A stretch of 61,419 nt of DNA, filler included, from Choristocarpus tenellus KU-1152 (lineage: Eukaryota; Protista; Phaeophyceae), in NCBI GenBank assembly GCA_964200185.2. It is 11 parts of 11 records of this genome, joined end to end, with 100 filler letters (N's around TTAATTAATTAA, not from the genome) between each part and the next. Parts side by side here need not be neighbours in the genome. Positions count along the whole stretch, not along the records: positions 37,250 to 41,504 come from CAXNAD020015460.1; positions 41,605 to 45,272 come from CAXNAD020018616.1; positions 45,373 to 52,283 come from CAXNAD020007081.1; 8 more parts are not named here. One strand, written 5' to 3'. The first letter of the stretch is position 1; each line of letters starts with the position of its first letter. The notes under the pieces were generated by a model. It was not told where the DNA came from. It searched no databases and worked only from the letters and a program-made list of their open reading frames with translations. This document shows, in pieces, positions 37,462 to 51,166 of this stretch. The position numbers were made by a program, and so were the translations under genes.

Positions 37462-38939
37462 TTTTCATTGAGGATGAACTTGACCCAAAATTGACTGGGA
37501 CAAAGTGTCGATATGTTCTCTTTGTAGTCACGTCTTGATTTTTATGACGATCCTCCTCTCATAATATATCTCATCACTAGTCACCAGTCACTCTACGGTT
37601 TCCTGCAAGTCCTTGCAGTCTTGAGCTTTTCCAAACCTTAATCTCGTCCTCTCGGTAACGATTCGTCTTCTTCCCTCTGGTCGGGCTTGCCTAGTTTGTT
37701 GATAGGAACCCATACAGAGCAAACCCCTGTACTCAACAAGTGATTGACTCGTGTGTTAACACTATGGAAGAGCAAGGTATGAAGGAAACCTCAATCGACA
37801 GAATGGTATACGTCATACGACAATAACGGTATAGCAACTCAGGTAGCCCTATCCAGACGGTCATGCGCCTTAAGCTGGAGACACCAGGGAGATGGGCAAG
37901 GAGGGGCTTGTTAGATTCGTGGGATGCCTCCCTAGCCCCTCACCCTGAAGCACAGGACTAAGCTAGGTTAGAGGTACAGGAAGGGAACGGTGTAGCATAA
38001 CTGGTAGTAAAATAGTGAATAGATAAAATGTTTCTCACATTTATGACGACTGATACTTTTTTAGGGTTTATTCTGACATGTGAATATATTTTTTCAATTA
38101 TTCCCTAACACCTCTGCAAAATGTCAGATAGCATAAAAATAAAATGCACTCCATTTGATTGCTTTATGCGCACAATAATACTGCACCCGAAATTGATATT
38201 CCCCCTTTCCACACACAGATTGACATAACAACTCAGCAAATATTCTTTGAGCAATCTTAAATGTCATCTTATGGCCCTTTCTCGGGATCCTTAGATGTAA
38301 TCCTGCCAACCTCTCGGTTGTTTTGACTCAATACTCTCTCCAAAGCAGCCAAGAAATACAAAAAAATGATGTACAGTGCTTAGGTAGTAGCAATCCTTCC
38401 TATCTGTTGTGGTTATTTACAACTGATTGATGATAGGACGAGGGAGACTAGATGTGTAAATGTATGCATTATTCCATACTTCATACATGCATACAGCATG
38501 ATGCTGCAAATAGCGAGTTGTAGAACCCAAAGCTTCAGGTACACTCCCTCTGCCTGCCTACAGTGTCAGTCCTCTATTGTTACTTCAATTTTATACAACA
38601 TTATTAAATGTGATGCCGCACTCTCTCCAAGCAGCAAGTGAAGCCTCTTAGTACCTACTCCTGAATGGAACGAACATTGTGGTGGTAGATTGTGTTCCTC
38701 CATTGAAGTAGAAATCAGTCATCTTTCTGTTTACCACCACGCGTAACCTATTGCCTTCAATTGTCAAGTATATTTGATCATGTTGAAGTAGGCAGTCGAA
38801 TAGTAGAGTACCTAGGATGAAAAAGAAACTGGAAAAAATATTTTTTTCGCCTGTGAGTCCATAAATGATCCATAGTTCCTCAGAGGGGGCAATTTACGAC
38901 CTCTTGAGTTTAAGACTTGAAAATGTTTCTGCCTCATAC

Positions 38940-39089
38940 CCAATTTTCCCTGCCTGAATTGTAGCTAACTCCTCTAAAGACGATTTTGTGGCATCAAAAG
39001 AGACGAAACGTTTATCCACATAGCAGCGAGAAATTGCCCTTCTGGGCGCTAGAAGCACAGGTGCAACGGAAGGCAGCGACAAGAGGGGC
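38940..39089 (-). CDS. Candidate internal exon, unknown protein
   Basis: 150 nt, CAG/GTATGA bounded, symmetric phase 2, single open frame PLLSLPSVAPVLLAPRRAISRCYVDKRF... Confidence 0.3.
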
Positions 39090-40510
39090 CTGAATACACA
39101 ACAACACCCCTCTCAAACACGATCAGATGGCTCTGTTCAACACACAACTATTATTATTGCATACTTCAGGGCAAAGAACTCAAGGGTAAGGTAAGCAAAG
39201 CTTATAGTGAGATAACCACAAACTAACCACCGCTCTTCTTGAAGCAAGTCAGTTTCTCCTCATGAGAAAATAATAGTGCCACTTACAGGGGATGAGACAA
39301 GAGACAGTTCCCCTCAACCCCTATCCCTAACCCTAACCCATCCCTTCACCGACTCGACAAAAACATCAACCCACTACTTCTATTATTAATTATTATCATT
39401 AAAAATAATAATTTAATTAGAACAATCTGCAGTGCTCATCATAAAGGTACACATGGTATTCATTCACTGCACGCTCACTCCTCTGCCACACCCCTCCACC
39501 TGCACCTTGAGCAAATCATGTACGAACACACCCCTCATCTACCCAAGGGTTAACAATTAAGACTCTTCTCTATTCATTATTTGTTCCTCCATTATCCCTG
39601 AAGTATGATCGCCGATCTCAGGTAAAACCTTTCTTCTGTCCTGAAGTTAGTCATGTGGTATCATAGCCAGCCTCCTACTACAGCCCAGAGGCAGTACGCC
39701 CTTCTTCAGTATGCAATAATGGAGAGGGAGTAAACAGGAGCAAATTCCTCGACACCATTCCCATGCCCTGGCAAAAACCAGCCCCTAGAAAACTTCAACC
39801 AGACTTCCTTGAAACCGTTTGCTCAAAAAAACTGTCCAGACAAGACACCTACGTCGACAAACAACGCCTTAGATACTGCCAACTCCCGTTGTCCAACCCC
39901 TCTAAGTTCAGTCATCAGCATCATCACCGCCAACCTGCAGGCAAGGGCACTTGGCAAACAATGTATAGAGGTATAGAGTGCGCCAGTTGCTCTTCTTATA
40001 TATACTTGTAAACGGTTAGTTCATTTACCATGCCACTTGCTCACCTCCCCAGACCCGTATCAAGACAGATTTCTTGACCTCACGACACACTCTCACAAAA
40101 AAAAAACAAAGACGTTCACATTTTCGTGACGGTGGTCAAACAGTGTATCAACCTTCACCAAATATGCCCACAAAATGCTCTCTTGTGTTTATTCCGTTCC
40201 CAGATCCTGCCTCCAGCACTGTCTCCTATTACCCTGTGGCCGCCCAGAGTCAGCAGAAACAAGGAGGTAAAGGAGATCACTACTCCTACCAACCCAAACA
40301 CAGGCCATCTTCAAAACCTCTACAATATTTTCTACAGCAACCCTACCCAACACAGTTCCAATATCCTCCCTCGCCACTTTCTGATGATGGTTACATCCTG
40401 CAATGCTCTAACCCTAACCTCCCAACGTGCATGCACACGCAACTCCCCCTTGAGCCCTTTCTGTGCCTAAGGACAAGTACATGTAAGTTAGCCTAACACC
40501 TGACCTATTC

Positions 40511-41247
40511 TTACTCCGGCCTGTAGCACTCAATGCTGTCACCCTCCTGGAAGTCTTCAAAGCCCTCCACCTGTTCACAATGTTTCCATGGCAAGTGTGT
40601 TGGTGTACAATCATACATCGCAACAAGAGAAGGAAGAGACAGGGTGCCAAACTCTACCCACAGCCCTCCTTAACTCCCCCCCCTCCCCAAAAAAACAACA
40701 TACAAACAAGTATGGATAATCACTCTCAGAACAAAAATAAAAAATACAACAAATCATCGCACAAGAGCTCTTGAAACTATGATCAAACACACCGAAGACA
40801 CCCACCCCACAGGTATTTCAGAGTTCACTAAATCAAACAACACAAATCACAACCTACAAGAGGGAGTTAACAGACAGCAGCACTCAGGAACACCCTCCTG
40901 GAGACGCCTCCAGGTTCATACACACACACAATCCTCTATCACCCACCCTATCCCTCAAAATAACCTACACTGCTCTAGAGCAATTATGTCTTGCCCCAGA
41001 GCTATAGTTGGTCCTTCTGCAGCAGTTCAATAACCCAACAGACACACATACACCCCAAAACACTCCTCGCTCTACCCACCTGAATACCGCACTCGGTGCC
41101 CATCACCATCTCCTGCACATCTGCCTTAACATTCTTGAGAGTCTTGAGACGCCCCTCGTGTACGATCCGCCCCCTCCGCTTGACAAGGACATTGGTATCC
41201 TTTTCCACCTTACCATCCTCCACTTCAGAACCCGCAATGTTGCCAAC
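40511..41247 (-). CDS. infB: Translation initiation factor IF-2 (organellar, bacterial type), last two exons (41080-41247, 40511-40570)
   Basis: VGNIAGSEVEDGKV...VKRRGRIVHEGRLKTLKNVKADVQEMVMGTECGIQ|VEGFEDFQEGDSIECYRPE* matches the IF-2 domain IV signature. Spliced, so nuclear encoded. Confidence 0.9.
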
Positions 41248-41657
41248 CTTTATTTTATTTATTTATTTATGGATGAGGGTGGGCAGGCGGGCGGGCAGGC
41301 GAGTGAGTGAGTGGGTGGAAAAGGGGAAGAATCAATTCATATTATTTTTTAATTCAAATTCATGATTAAAAAAACAAGTGCTTATCACACAGTCATGTAG
41401 TATGCATACACCCCCACACTACAACTGTCACGACCCACGCCTGCTTGTTGCAGACGTGCATCACAGGAAAACAATCCCCCCCCCCAAAAAAGGTACAAAT
41501 AACCNNNNNNNNNNNNNNNNNNNNNNNNNNNNNNNNNNNNNNNNNNNNTTAATTAATTAANNNNNNNNNNNNNNNNNNNNNNNNNNNNNNNNNNNNNNNN
41601 NNNNCTCACTCTCCTTTCTTACGCACCTTCCTTACTTCATGTACAACCTGTTCTACA

Positions 41658-44637
41658 TTATGAGAAAATAATCGAGTTATTTACATACACAAGTCTTGGG
41701 AACACCAATTTCTTTAACAAACAGCTAACGTCTTTATCTTGCTTCTGTTTCCTACCTCTCCCGGATCTATCACCAGCGTGCACCCAGTCTTCTACAAAAC
41801 TACTTTTGCCATATTTCTCAAGGGTTAGGGTCGCAGCGTTGTGTGTGTGATCACTGGTCGGCCGAAGCCAGTGAATATCCACCCCATGCTCCCTGTCCTC
41901 GCCGATGTGCTCCGCTAGCATCTTGCCGACCAAGAGCGGCGCCTCTGTTGCCACAAAAAAGGCAAACCTGCCTTCCTGCACTGAGACTAGGTTTCCATGG
42001 TTCCCTGATGTCAATGTAGTACGAAGCCAACCCCGTCGGCAGGAACCAGATTCTTCCTTGTCACTGTCCGATGAGGAAGAGTGTGTTTCCTCGAGCCCGC
42101 CGAGATCATTGCCACCGCTGACGAGATTATCTCCCCCACCCGGACGTTCGCCCTGGTCGTTGCCTTCGACGTCGCCGGTGCTAGTTCCAGCACCATCGTC
42201 ATCAGCAGGAAGCCAATGGACTGGGAGGTCGAAATCTTGTTCCCCTGTCTTTTGGAAAAGTCGCACAGACTCGCTTTGCTCATGTTTCGCTCTCTGAATG
42301 GCTTCATCGTCTGCGAAGGTGGAATCCATGAGCGCGAGGACATCAACGGTATGGATGCATGAATGTTACTTTGTTACCAGGCGTGAGGTTTCAAGAATGC
42401 GCTCGGGGAGCATGCGGTGAGAGGAAGGGTGTATATTTCGTCGGAATCGTCTTTGTTGAGCACAAGACCGGTACCCTCAAAACATTTATGGGGAGTAATC
42501 TGTGGTAATTTTTATTGTAACATGCGACAATCACTACACATGATAATGCAATACTTTTCAAGATTTTTTTTCTAAAGGCTGCAAATGCTGCCTCGTACAA
42601 AAGTTGCACCTGATTTTTTTGGCTGTCACCGAATACCAAAATTAGCTATCAACTCCCCTCACGAAAAAATCGACTTACCCAGTGGGTACACAGCAGGGAG
42701 GCGCTCGTGCGACGCCTGGTACCGCTGCTCCACCTTCAGGATGACGTCTTTGGGAGTGCTCTTGAGCTGGTAGGGTGGTGCATCTTGGATATGAGGCGGG
42801 TGGCCGATGAAGAGGTCGTGCGGAGGGGCGTTGGGGTCCATAGTAAGGTCTCCGCCTATCCCACTCCATTCTGTGCTGTGCATGTATTGCTTTACGCTAA
42901 CCTTCACCTGCCCATCACCGCCTTTTTCAACACGAAAAGCCCTGTAGCTCGTGATGTTGGGGACACGGTTGACGCGACCGCGAAGGAGTCCCTTGAAATT
43001 GCCCTCGTTCCGCAGGGTCTTGCAGTATACTGGAACCTCCGTGTAGGAGGCCTGCAGCTCTTCACCCAGCTGTGTTCTTGTGAACATGTTTTTGCCTTTT
43101 ATTCCACGTGAGAACCTGAAGGTGAAATGCAAGCAAGTTAATTTCGAGGCGGGGGCGAAAGAAGCGAAGTGAATAAGCAGGATATATATGCAGGCACATG
43201 CTCTGATGCGTGTATATGGAAAATCAATATAAAATTGGGTGATGCGTACATTTTTTTTCATTGTTTTGTTTCGAGAGTATGTTACGAAACAGTTCTGGCA
43301 GCTGCTCTTATCGCTAAATTTTGTTGTGGGGAAATCAAAAGCCAATCGATCAATTACAGCGTATGGCCATAAACCTTCCAGGAATGCAACAAGCGTGAGC
43401 TGCAAGCCTCGAGGCTGTATCTGTCCATATAAAAACACATGTGGCTATCGAACTTGCATATCTTGCCTATTTACCTGGAGAAGATCTGATCGATTTTGAT
43501 ATGCGTGTGCCCCACCATCATAAAATGTATCTCGACCACACGAATGACACTCGCCGCAACCAACAGCCCCACGTATCTGAGAAATAAATTGTTCTTGTTC
43601 TCTGAGACGCAGTTGTCGACCTGGCCAGTTTGGGGAGTTGGGAGCAAGGGAGGGATGGGCGTGAGGCCAATATGTCAGCCCATTTCGCCGCGTTTTGTGG
43701 AGGAACAGGGTAGGTTTCCAGTATTGCTAGAGCGCAATCTCTACATCACCGCCATAATACATGCAGGTTGCAACACACAAGGCAAAACTACAGACCGTGC
43801 AGTTAGTTACTTGGTGACTGGTATTCAGCGAGTATGTGTTGAGTAGGCCGTGTCAAGATGAACCATTCTTACCTGCCAATGTGCGTGCTGGATGATGCAA
43901 TTCCCCGAGTCATCGAGGCTGTTGCGGTACTTGTCGATAAGCCTTGTGAGGGCAAGGTGGGTGGCTGTGCAGACAAGGTTACAACCTGCGCGAACAATGA
44001 TATTCAATAACTGTTGGCAAGAAGTACTCTGCTCATTTATGCATTGTTTATTTGGAGCTAAAAAGAGGGGTAATGTAATTTGTTTATGCGATGTAGAGGA
44101 CATACACCCATACGGCTGATGTACATGTCCGCGATCTCCACTACCCGTTGATTAGCTCTTATGCTACTCTACAGTACGTACCTCCTCCAAGATTGACAGG
44201 AGTGAAGAACTTCTCCGCGAACTGGCCTTCGATGTGTGCGGCCATGATCTTCTGGCGCTCGGAGTAGCCCCTGATAGGGGGGACATGAACGAAAGGAACA
44301 TGTAAAGAAAGGTCATCATGATGAACGGAATAGGTAGTAGAATTATGTGTGTTTGTTTTGGTGATTATTTCTTGGGACTTTGCACTCATCCGTAGGATAA
44401 AACATAGTCGTCTATTCTGTTCCGCGTGCGGTTGCATAGTTCTTGTTGGATGGACTGTGCGTGCATGTGGTTACCAGTCACCGCCGTGGGTAGGTGGGTA
44501 AAGTGCTGGGAGGCGTGTGCTGTCTGGTTCGCGGCGTCTACGGACATGAACACAAAGCCGAGAGGTTTGCCATCGGCTTTGGCCCGCATGGCGTTGCTGG
44601 TGCTGTTGGCGATGACCAGCCGATCCGCTTTGATAAT
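41658..44637 (-). mobile_element. Intron-containing Sola/DUF7869-like DDD transposase (exons ~44475-44637, 44182-44270, 43873-43985, 43475-43620, 42679-43115, ~41658-42329)
   Basis: FMSVDAANQ ... WQ|VDNCVSENKNNLFLRYVGLLV...HFMMVGHTHIKIDQIFSR|FSR. Canonical GT-AG junctions; one junction is out of phase as modelled. Confidence 0.75.
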
Positions 44638-45428
44638 CTGGCGAATGGGGGACAGCAACATCACGTGAATTAATCAAATAAATCTGTTCAGAGTTAAAAA
44701 AAAAATTGCCGCTTGTTAACACGTGTCAGGTTGGTTAGTAACAAAAATATAGTCTGGGTATCAATAGATGTTAGTATTGGGATATGTTTTTTATTGCTGC
44801 GTTCAAAACAAACATCAAGTTATCAGGATGGTAGGAAGTACGCACGTACCGGGCCGGAAGACCGCTACATGACCTGTCCCTCCCACAGCCCGTTGTACCC
44901 TACCAGGAAGCAGTCTGTCTTACAAGGTGTTTGGGCAGCTAATAACAGCAAGTTTTGCGGTGAGTGAGGCTACTGCTACTGCCATAAACACCTATGTGGG
45001 AGTCTTCCTTCGCAAAAGGACACGGATTTACTTCAAAACGGAGGGCAATGACGGTGATATGTTGTCACTGTACCCTTGTTGCAAAATTAACGCTGGACAC
45101 CTACCTGTCGATGGTCTGACAGCTCGTTATCGATGGACTCGAGGACGTTGGAGTTGTTCGTGGGTTTTACACCAGGCGCACTGTGCCGCTTCTCTTTTAA
45201 CGTGACACATATGTCACATTTCATAAACTCGCCTCCTACCCTCACCCGGATGTTGGGCCTGTCCTCTCTGAGNNNNNNNNNNNNNNNNNNNNNNNNNNNN
45301 NNNNNNNNNNNNNNNNTTAATTAATTAANNNNNNNNNNNNNNNNNNNNNNNNNNNNNNNNNNNNNNNNNNNNAAGCAATTTTTTTTGTCTTACTATAGTT
45401 CCGTCCACAACCCCTCCCCCTCCCCCAG

Positions 45429-48400
45429 GGGTACTCAAACCCTGCAGAGGTGGATCATGTTATACATGAGGCATTACTTGCTCTCAGGGACTATGGACAG
45501 GATAAGGATATTCGCATAATAACCTTCTACAACAAGCAGAAGGCATCCATAGAACAGAAGCTCAAAGATGATTCCGGTACGCTATCTGGCATTCGTGTCT
45601 ATACGGTGAGTAAGGTTACTTAGGGTATTACTGCTGGAAAAGGAATGGGAAAAAACATAAAATATATGAGAGCAGAGTAGAATAAATCTGGACATCAACC
45701 AGAAACCGAACTTGAAATGGATAGACCACACAGATGTGGGTTGATGCGGGTCCTTCATCCCACTGGATAGCAAAATAAGACTCTAGCATCCAAAGGTTCT
45801 CTATCTGTATCTTTTGCTTCAACCAAGGAGTTTTTTTCGGTGTCGGGCAATGGCAATAAGGTTGGTGTAGCCTCTCTTGATATGGAAGCAATAGGTATGG
45901 GGTGAGGGGATGAAGTACGTCAAAAAAGAAAGGTTCACCTTGTGGCTTTCAAAACAGATGCCGATGATGAGTCCTACAGCGAATAGTTCACGTACCATTG
46001 CGTCGGAGTTGTATTTTGAAACCGTTAATTAGTTTCATATAAATATTCAAGTGTGGATTATCTGATCTAACAGGTTGAAATTGTGATCAAACTATCCGAT
46101 CAGGTAAACATGTTAGGATGTCGAATCTGCGGATGTGGTAGCCGTCCTTGAATGACGTATGTTATTGGAGCAGACTCAAATATGATGAACTCAATTATCT
46201 TCCACAGTGGTAGAGTTAACAGGTTGTTTGGGTGAAATGATTAAACGTTGATTCAGAAATCCAAATATAAGACTGATATAGACATATAGTAAAAGTGAAT
46301 TCTTGACATATATTTCCTGACATCCTTAAAATGCAACTCTGGGTATCTCTCGCTTACTTTGACTCAAAGTCATTGTCAGCGAAAGGGGGAGGATGCAAAG
46401 GTGAACCAAACACACCCTCGCAACCACCAAAATTCTTGTCAACCCTAACGGACCATGACTTGATCGGAGTCAGAAACAATGAGATTCGCTGAAGGGAGGT
46501 ACGAGAGTGAATGACCTGCACAAATCATTGTAAACGAGCTCTTTCCTCCTTCCTTACTCGCAAAGTGATGATGTTTTTGGGCGTATGTGAACATGAGCCT
46601 ATACTAGATAATACATCGTAACACAATGATATATGGGGACTTGTGGACTTCTGGTTCTCTCCATTGGTTCAACATTGTTATCATTAATAGTGAAAACGTA
46701 CGTTTTTTTCGGCAACATAAACACCATCATAAATATGAATTGCGTGATTCTGTGGCGAAATTGTGGAGTGATGAGAATCTTACACAAGGGAGATCATCAC
46801 AAAAGTCAAGACGTGACAACAAAGAGAATCTTTGATGTGTGATATATCTCTATTGAAGAGATGTCCACTACTTGAAATATTTATATTTAGTATACCATCT
46901 GACATTTTACAGATGTGCCAGGGGAAAAACTAATGAGAACTATTCACATATCTGAAAAATCCCCAAATATTCGTAAGACCCCCACTGGAATCGAGGATAC
47001 CTGATAAGGAAAACTCAATAGGTATAACGGTATATACCATACGGCCTTGACGGTATAAGAACAGAAAATCTGCTTTCCACATAAACATGTTTAAAAACAA
47101 AATGTTGGAGCTGTTGAGGTAGAATTGAAGTGGGGGAAAGATCTGACACAAGTGTCACAAATATCCACCTCTCCACATATAGAAATACCTATAAATACCT
47201 TAGATGATACTGCGCAAGTGAACAAAGCTTTGTTACGTTCTGTGTTTCTTGACATTTTTGTTAGTGTGTTTACACATGAGCCATGGGGTGTTTTACTCCT
47301 TCGCCTATAGTTGTACTATGTTCTTGTGTCACCCAAATCCTGCTTTTTAACTCATTTGTGTTTCACAAGGTAGTAGAAGTAATATGTGCAAGTATATATA
47401 TGTGAAGGCTGAAGGAGTGGTGAAGATGTGGAGAGCATTTCTATCCAAGAATCTTGTAACACAAATCATAGGAATTATTTACAAATCCCGATTTATCGAT
47501 AAACCCTTGTTGTTTTCCATGTGCACATGATTTGTAGATGTCACTCAACGTTTTATCAACGTGTATAAATGATTTCTCCCCGTGTGTCCAAAAGAACATT
47601 TTCGTGTAACAATGATTTGTTCCTCCCAAATTCACCCCAAAATCTTTATATTGCGATTTAAAAGGAAAGAGCAATCATGTGAATATGATATGTTGTGATT
47701 CAATGAGAAAAAACAATCTTGTACAAAGCTTACATTTGTGGTTTTGTAGGAAAGAACGATTATGTACAAATCTGATGTTTTTGAAAAGGAAACAATTCTT
47801 AGGTCACTCCTACTAAAATAACACACAACAGTAATTCTGCTGTCGTAAAAAGCTAACCCATTGTGGAAACCCCAGTTTGTAGTCAGTGAGCCAAAGTAAA
47901 TGAGAGGTACCCAGATTTTGGTCATTTTGCATTTTAAACCAGTTTTTGTATCTTTGGCAATTCTCTCATATTTCTATGGATGAAGTGCTAAGTTTGACTT
48001 GAGAGAATTGGTTTCCGTATTGTTTGAAATTTCTCGATTGAATTCAGAAAAAATGTCCTACACTCATTTGTAGAATAAAACGAATTTTGCATGTATTTGC
48101 CGACATCCTTATAATGCAATTCTGGCACCTCTCGTTTACTTCGACTCACAATCATGTTAAGGTCCCTTCATCAACCTTTCGAAGTGAAATTATGTAACCT
48201 GTGTATCATTCTTACATTTAGACTTATTATTACACTTCTTATCTCTCTAATTGCATCGGTTCGTTTTTGTAAGGCAAATGCACTCTACTGTATAGAGCCA
48301 TTTTAAAAACCTTTTTGGCGGCAAGAGAGTTGTGGAAATATGTACGTATGGAAGGTGTGTACTTCTGAGGCGTTTGTACAAGTGACTGATATATCCAAAT

Positions 48401-51166
48401 GTTCATGGCTGAATAATTGACTTATGCTGTATGGAAACGATCTTGTTTCTGGATCTTGATAGTTAACGCCAGTACGATAGACAGTTGAAGGGTGGCGAAA
48501 AAGGACTCCCCCCCCTCTGGTTTTCCTTTACACTCCTTTTATGTTATGTTTGGAGATGATAAATCCGATGATTTTCTGGGACTTTTGTGACAGGGTGACA
48601 GACTTGTACGTTGCACGATTCGGGTAGAAGTTACAACTTTTCCTCTCCTTTTCAAGCCACTGAGACCCGTCGCTCAATGTCGCACAATACATATTCTTTC
48701 GGCTGATTGTGCGTAGCATTGGTGACGGATAATATGTGCAAATCCATCTAGAAATATGATTTTGATCGAACGTGAACGTCTGGGTTGTGTGGAGCATGTC
48801 ATTTTTGGAAATGTGTATATAGAGGTGGATATCGAATAAATTCTTTGATGCCAGATGGAGGTATTTGTCAAGCTAAAATCTAACATAGAGTTCAGCGTAG
48901 TTTCCAGCCAATTGAAGACTCACAGTAACTCCCCTTGTAACACTAACCTGATGTACTAAAAGAAATATAGAAGAGGGGAGAAAAGTGAGAGGAGTGATAG
49001 GAACTCCTAATTATAGTTTTCTAGTGTTAGGGTGTGTGATTGTAAGGTGCTTCAGCGTGTGAATGCTTAGTGTGACATAGTTGCGTATACATATAGATTA
49101 ACCTAGGGAGGGTGCTCAATTTCATCACAGTAAAGCCTTATGGTTACAGGAAAAGCGCACAACGAATCTCATCCAGTATCACCAAATTTTGTATCACGAT
49201 ATGGGAAGAGTTGGAAGGGCCCTGTAGAATATTTGATCCAACCTTTTATTTAGACATCATCCACCAGGTACTTCGAAAATACTCTCTGCTACTTTCAGAC
49301 AATTCCCTATGAGTCGGGAATGTTGCCAACAATATACTCATGGAGTATTCCCGAATGTTATGAGTGCTTTGTCATCGCTCTGGACTACCTCAGGTGTATT
49401 CCAGACGTACTATTGACTGTCCTAGAGTGCTGCCGATATCATCAGGAAGTATTAGTAAGTGTAGACTCTGAGGGTGGTCCTTTGTACCCTCGGTTGATTT
49501 GGTGGGCAGGGGTGGACGTGATGAACCAGGATGTAATAATTAAGGAAGTACTACTTTTGTTATTTTCCTTGATTTTGTTGTCATCGACTGCAAGGGTACA
49601 AGAACTCAAAACCAAAGCGACAAAGAGTGAAAGTATCTTAGAGGGTACAAGTTTTGCCCTGTTTATCCATTTGGGGCTTGGCTTCCGATGGTTTTTTTTT
49701 TTACTATTTCCTAGTCCAAATACTTCCGAGTAGGTAAAATGTGTATGTTATGAAAGGTGTGTCCTGAACAAGGATGTTGACACTTCCTAACAAACATGAT
49801 AGCCAAAATTACATCAAAATGGAAACATTGGATTGTGGCCCCCAAATGGACGCGGCTCTACCCTCTAAGATACTTTGGCTCAAAATTCGTTGATGGTGAC
49901 AATATGACAATGAGGTAAATCGTTATCAATTCTTTCGGATGGAGTATTTTGTCAATATCTCCCTCTCATCGTCATATATCGTCTCCTCTATTTGGGTTTC
50001 TTTCAAGATGGTCTCCGCTTACTAGATTACAAAGAGTGAAAGCATCTTGAGGGGTACGACTTCTTCCCTGTCTGTCCATTTGGGACTTGGCTTCCCACGG
50101 GTTTTTAATGACATTCTACCGACTCCGAAATGTTTCAGAGTAGGTATAATGTGTACGTTATGAAAAGGTGTGTCCAGAACAAGGGTATTGACATCTCCTA
50201 ACAAACACGATAACCAAAATAACTTTAAAGTGCAACATGGATTTAGGGTCCCAAATGGACGCGGCTCTACCCTCTAAGATATGTTGACTCACAACTGTCT
50301 TGACCTGTCCTTTAAGCAACGAACTAGTCTGTTGATCTAATGGAATACCCCCTCCTCTACCTTGAGCGTAAATATGCGTATGTAAGAAAGTTACTCAAGC
50401 AAAATCAAACGAGAGGCTCAACGTATGTGTGTGGGGGGGTGGGTGGATGGTGGCTATCCATTCAGGGCCCATTTCTCCATGTCGTGATTTTGGGGTGAAT
50501 TTGGTTGCATGCGTCGGATGGATAATGAAAGTGCATTTCTCCTTTTTAGGGCCCGAATTGATACACTGGTGTAGACCCCCCCCCCGAACACTTTGAGCCA
50601 GAGGTACCCCATCATGTATGCTTGGGTAAGAAATAGACGTTGGGTAATCCTTGAACACGAAAGGAGAGCTTACACCACCAGATAAAGGTATGTGACCAGA
50701 ATTGAAAATTCAAGTTATTTCAGCGTTAGGAAGACACACCAGACGGAGTAAGACGTTAATACCTCCAGGGTGAGTTGTATTAACCCCAGGGGTCGAATGA
50801 AGTATGGGATAGAGGGAGACAGATCTTCGAAAGTAGCCCTTCCTCTGAAGAAAATAAAATCACACTCAGAAAGCACTCTAACATTTCTTTTGCTTCTTCT
50901 CCGTCCATCATCGTCCTCACACTATAACTAATGTTATTGTATTATAGGTGGATTCTTGTCAGGGCACTGAAGCGGATGTGGTGATCCTCTCCACGGTCCG
51001 CAGTGGAGTGGGAAGGAGCCTCTCAAATTTCATGAAGGACCCCCGTCGCATCAATGTCGCCATGTCCAGAGCAAAAGAGGCATGCATTGTAGTGGGAGAT
51101 CGCCTCACCATGCGACGTCTTGGTGGAAAAGCATGGGAGTGTGTGGTGGATCATTATTACAACTAG
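45429..51166 (+). CDS. Upf1/DNA2/NAM7-like superfamily 1 helicase, last two exons (45429-45605, 50948-51166)
   Basis: GYSNPAEVD...IRIITFYNKQK...IRVYT|VDSCQGTEADVVILSTVRS...DPRRINVAMSRAK gives the AAA_12 motifs, joined across a phase-0 5.3-kb intron. Confidence 0.9.
46600..48330 (-). pseudogene. Possible decayed protein-primed family B DNA polymerase relic
   Basis: Fragments occur in the expected order: RFLKWL, GFHNGLAFYDS, SFVQDCFFSL, KDFGV, FIGISICGEVDI, VFMLPKKTY. Many frameshifts; catalytic DTDS not seen. Confidence 0.35.
47888..48147 (+). mobile_element. MITE family D; partial relatives at ~24100-24310, ending ~38329 and ending ~46365
   Basis: TIRs GAGCCAAAGTAAATGAGAGGTACCCAGA and TCTGGCACCTCTCGTTTACTTCGACTC. 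Confidence 0.8.
49625..49881 (+). mobile_element. MITE family A, full length
   Basis: GAGTGAAAGTATCTTAGAGGGTA ... TACCCTCTAAGATACTTTGGCTC. Confidence 0.9.
50034..50290 (+). mobile_element. MITE family A, full length
   Basis: Same TIRs and internal sequence as the other A copies. Confidence 0.9.
50415..50599 (-). mobile_element. MITE family B
   Basis: GGCTCAACGTATGT...GAACACTTTGAGCC with AGA on both flanks. Confidence 0.8.

Noticed and set aside
40511-41247. Bacterial contamination suggested by an infB-like sequence
   Set aside because: It is split by a canonical spliceosomal intron, so it is a nuclear gene for an organellar IF-2.
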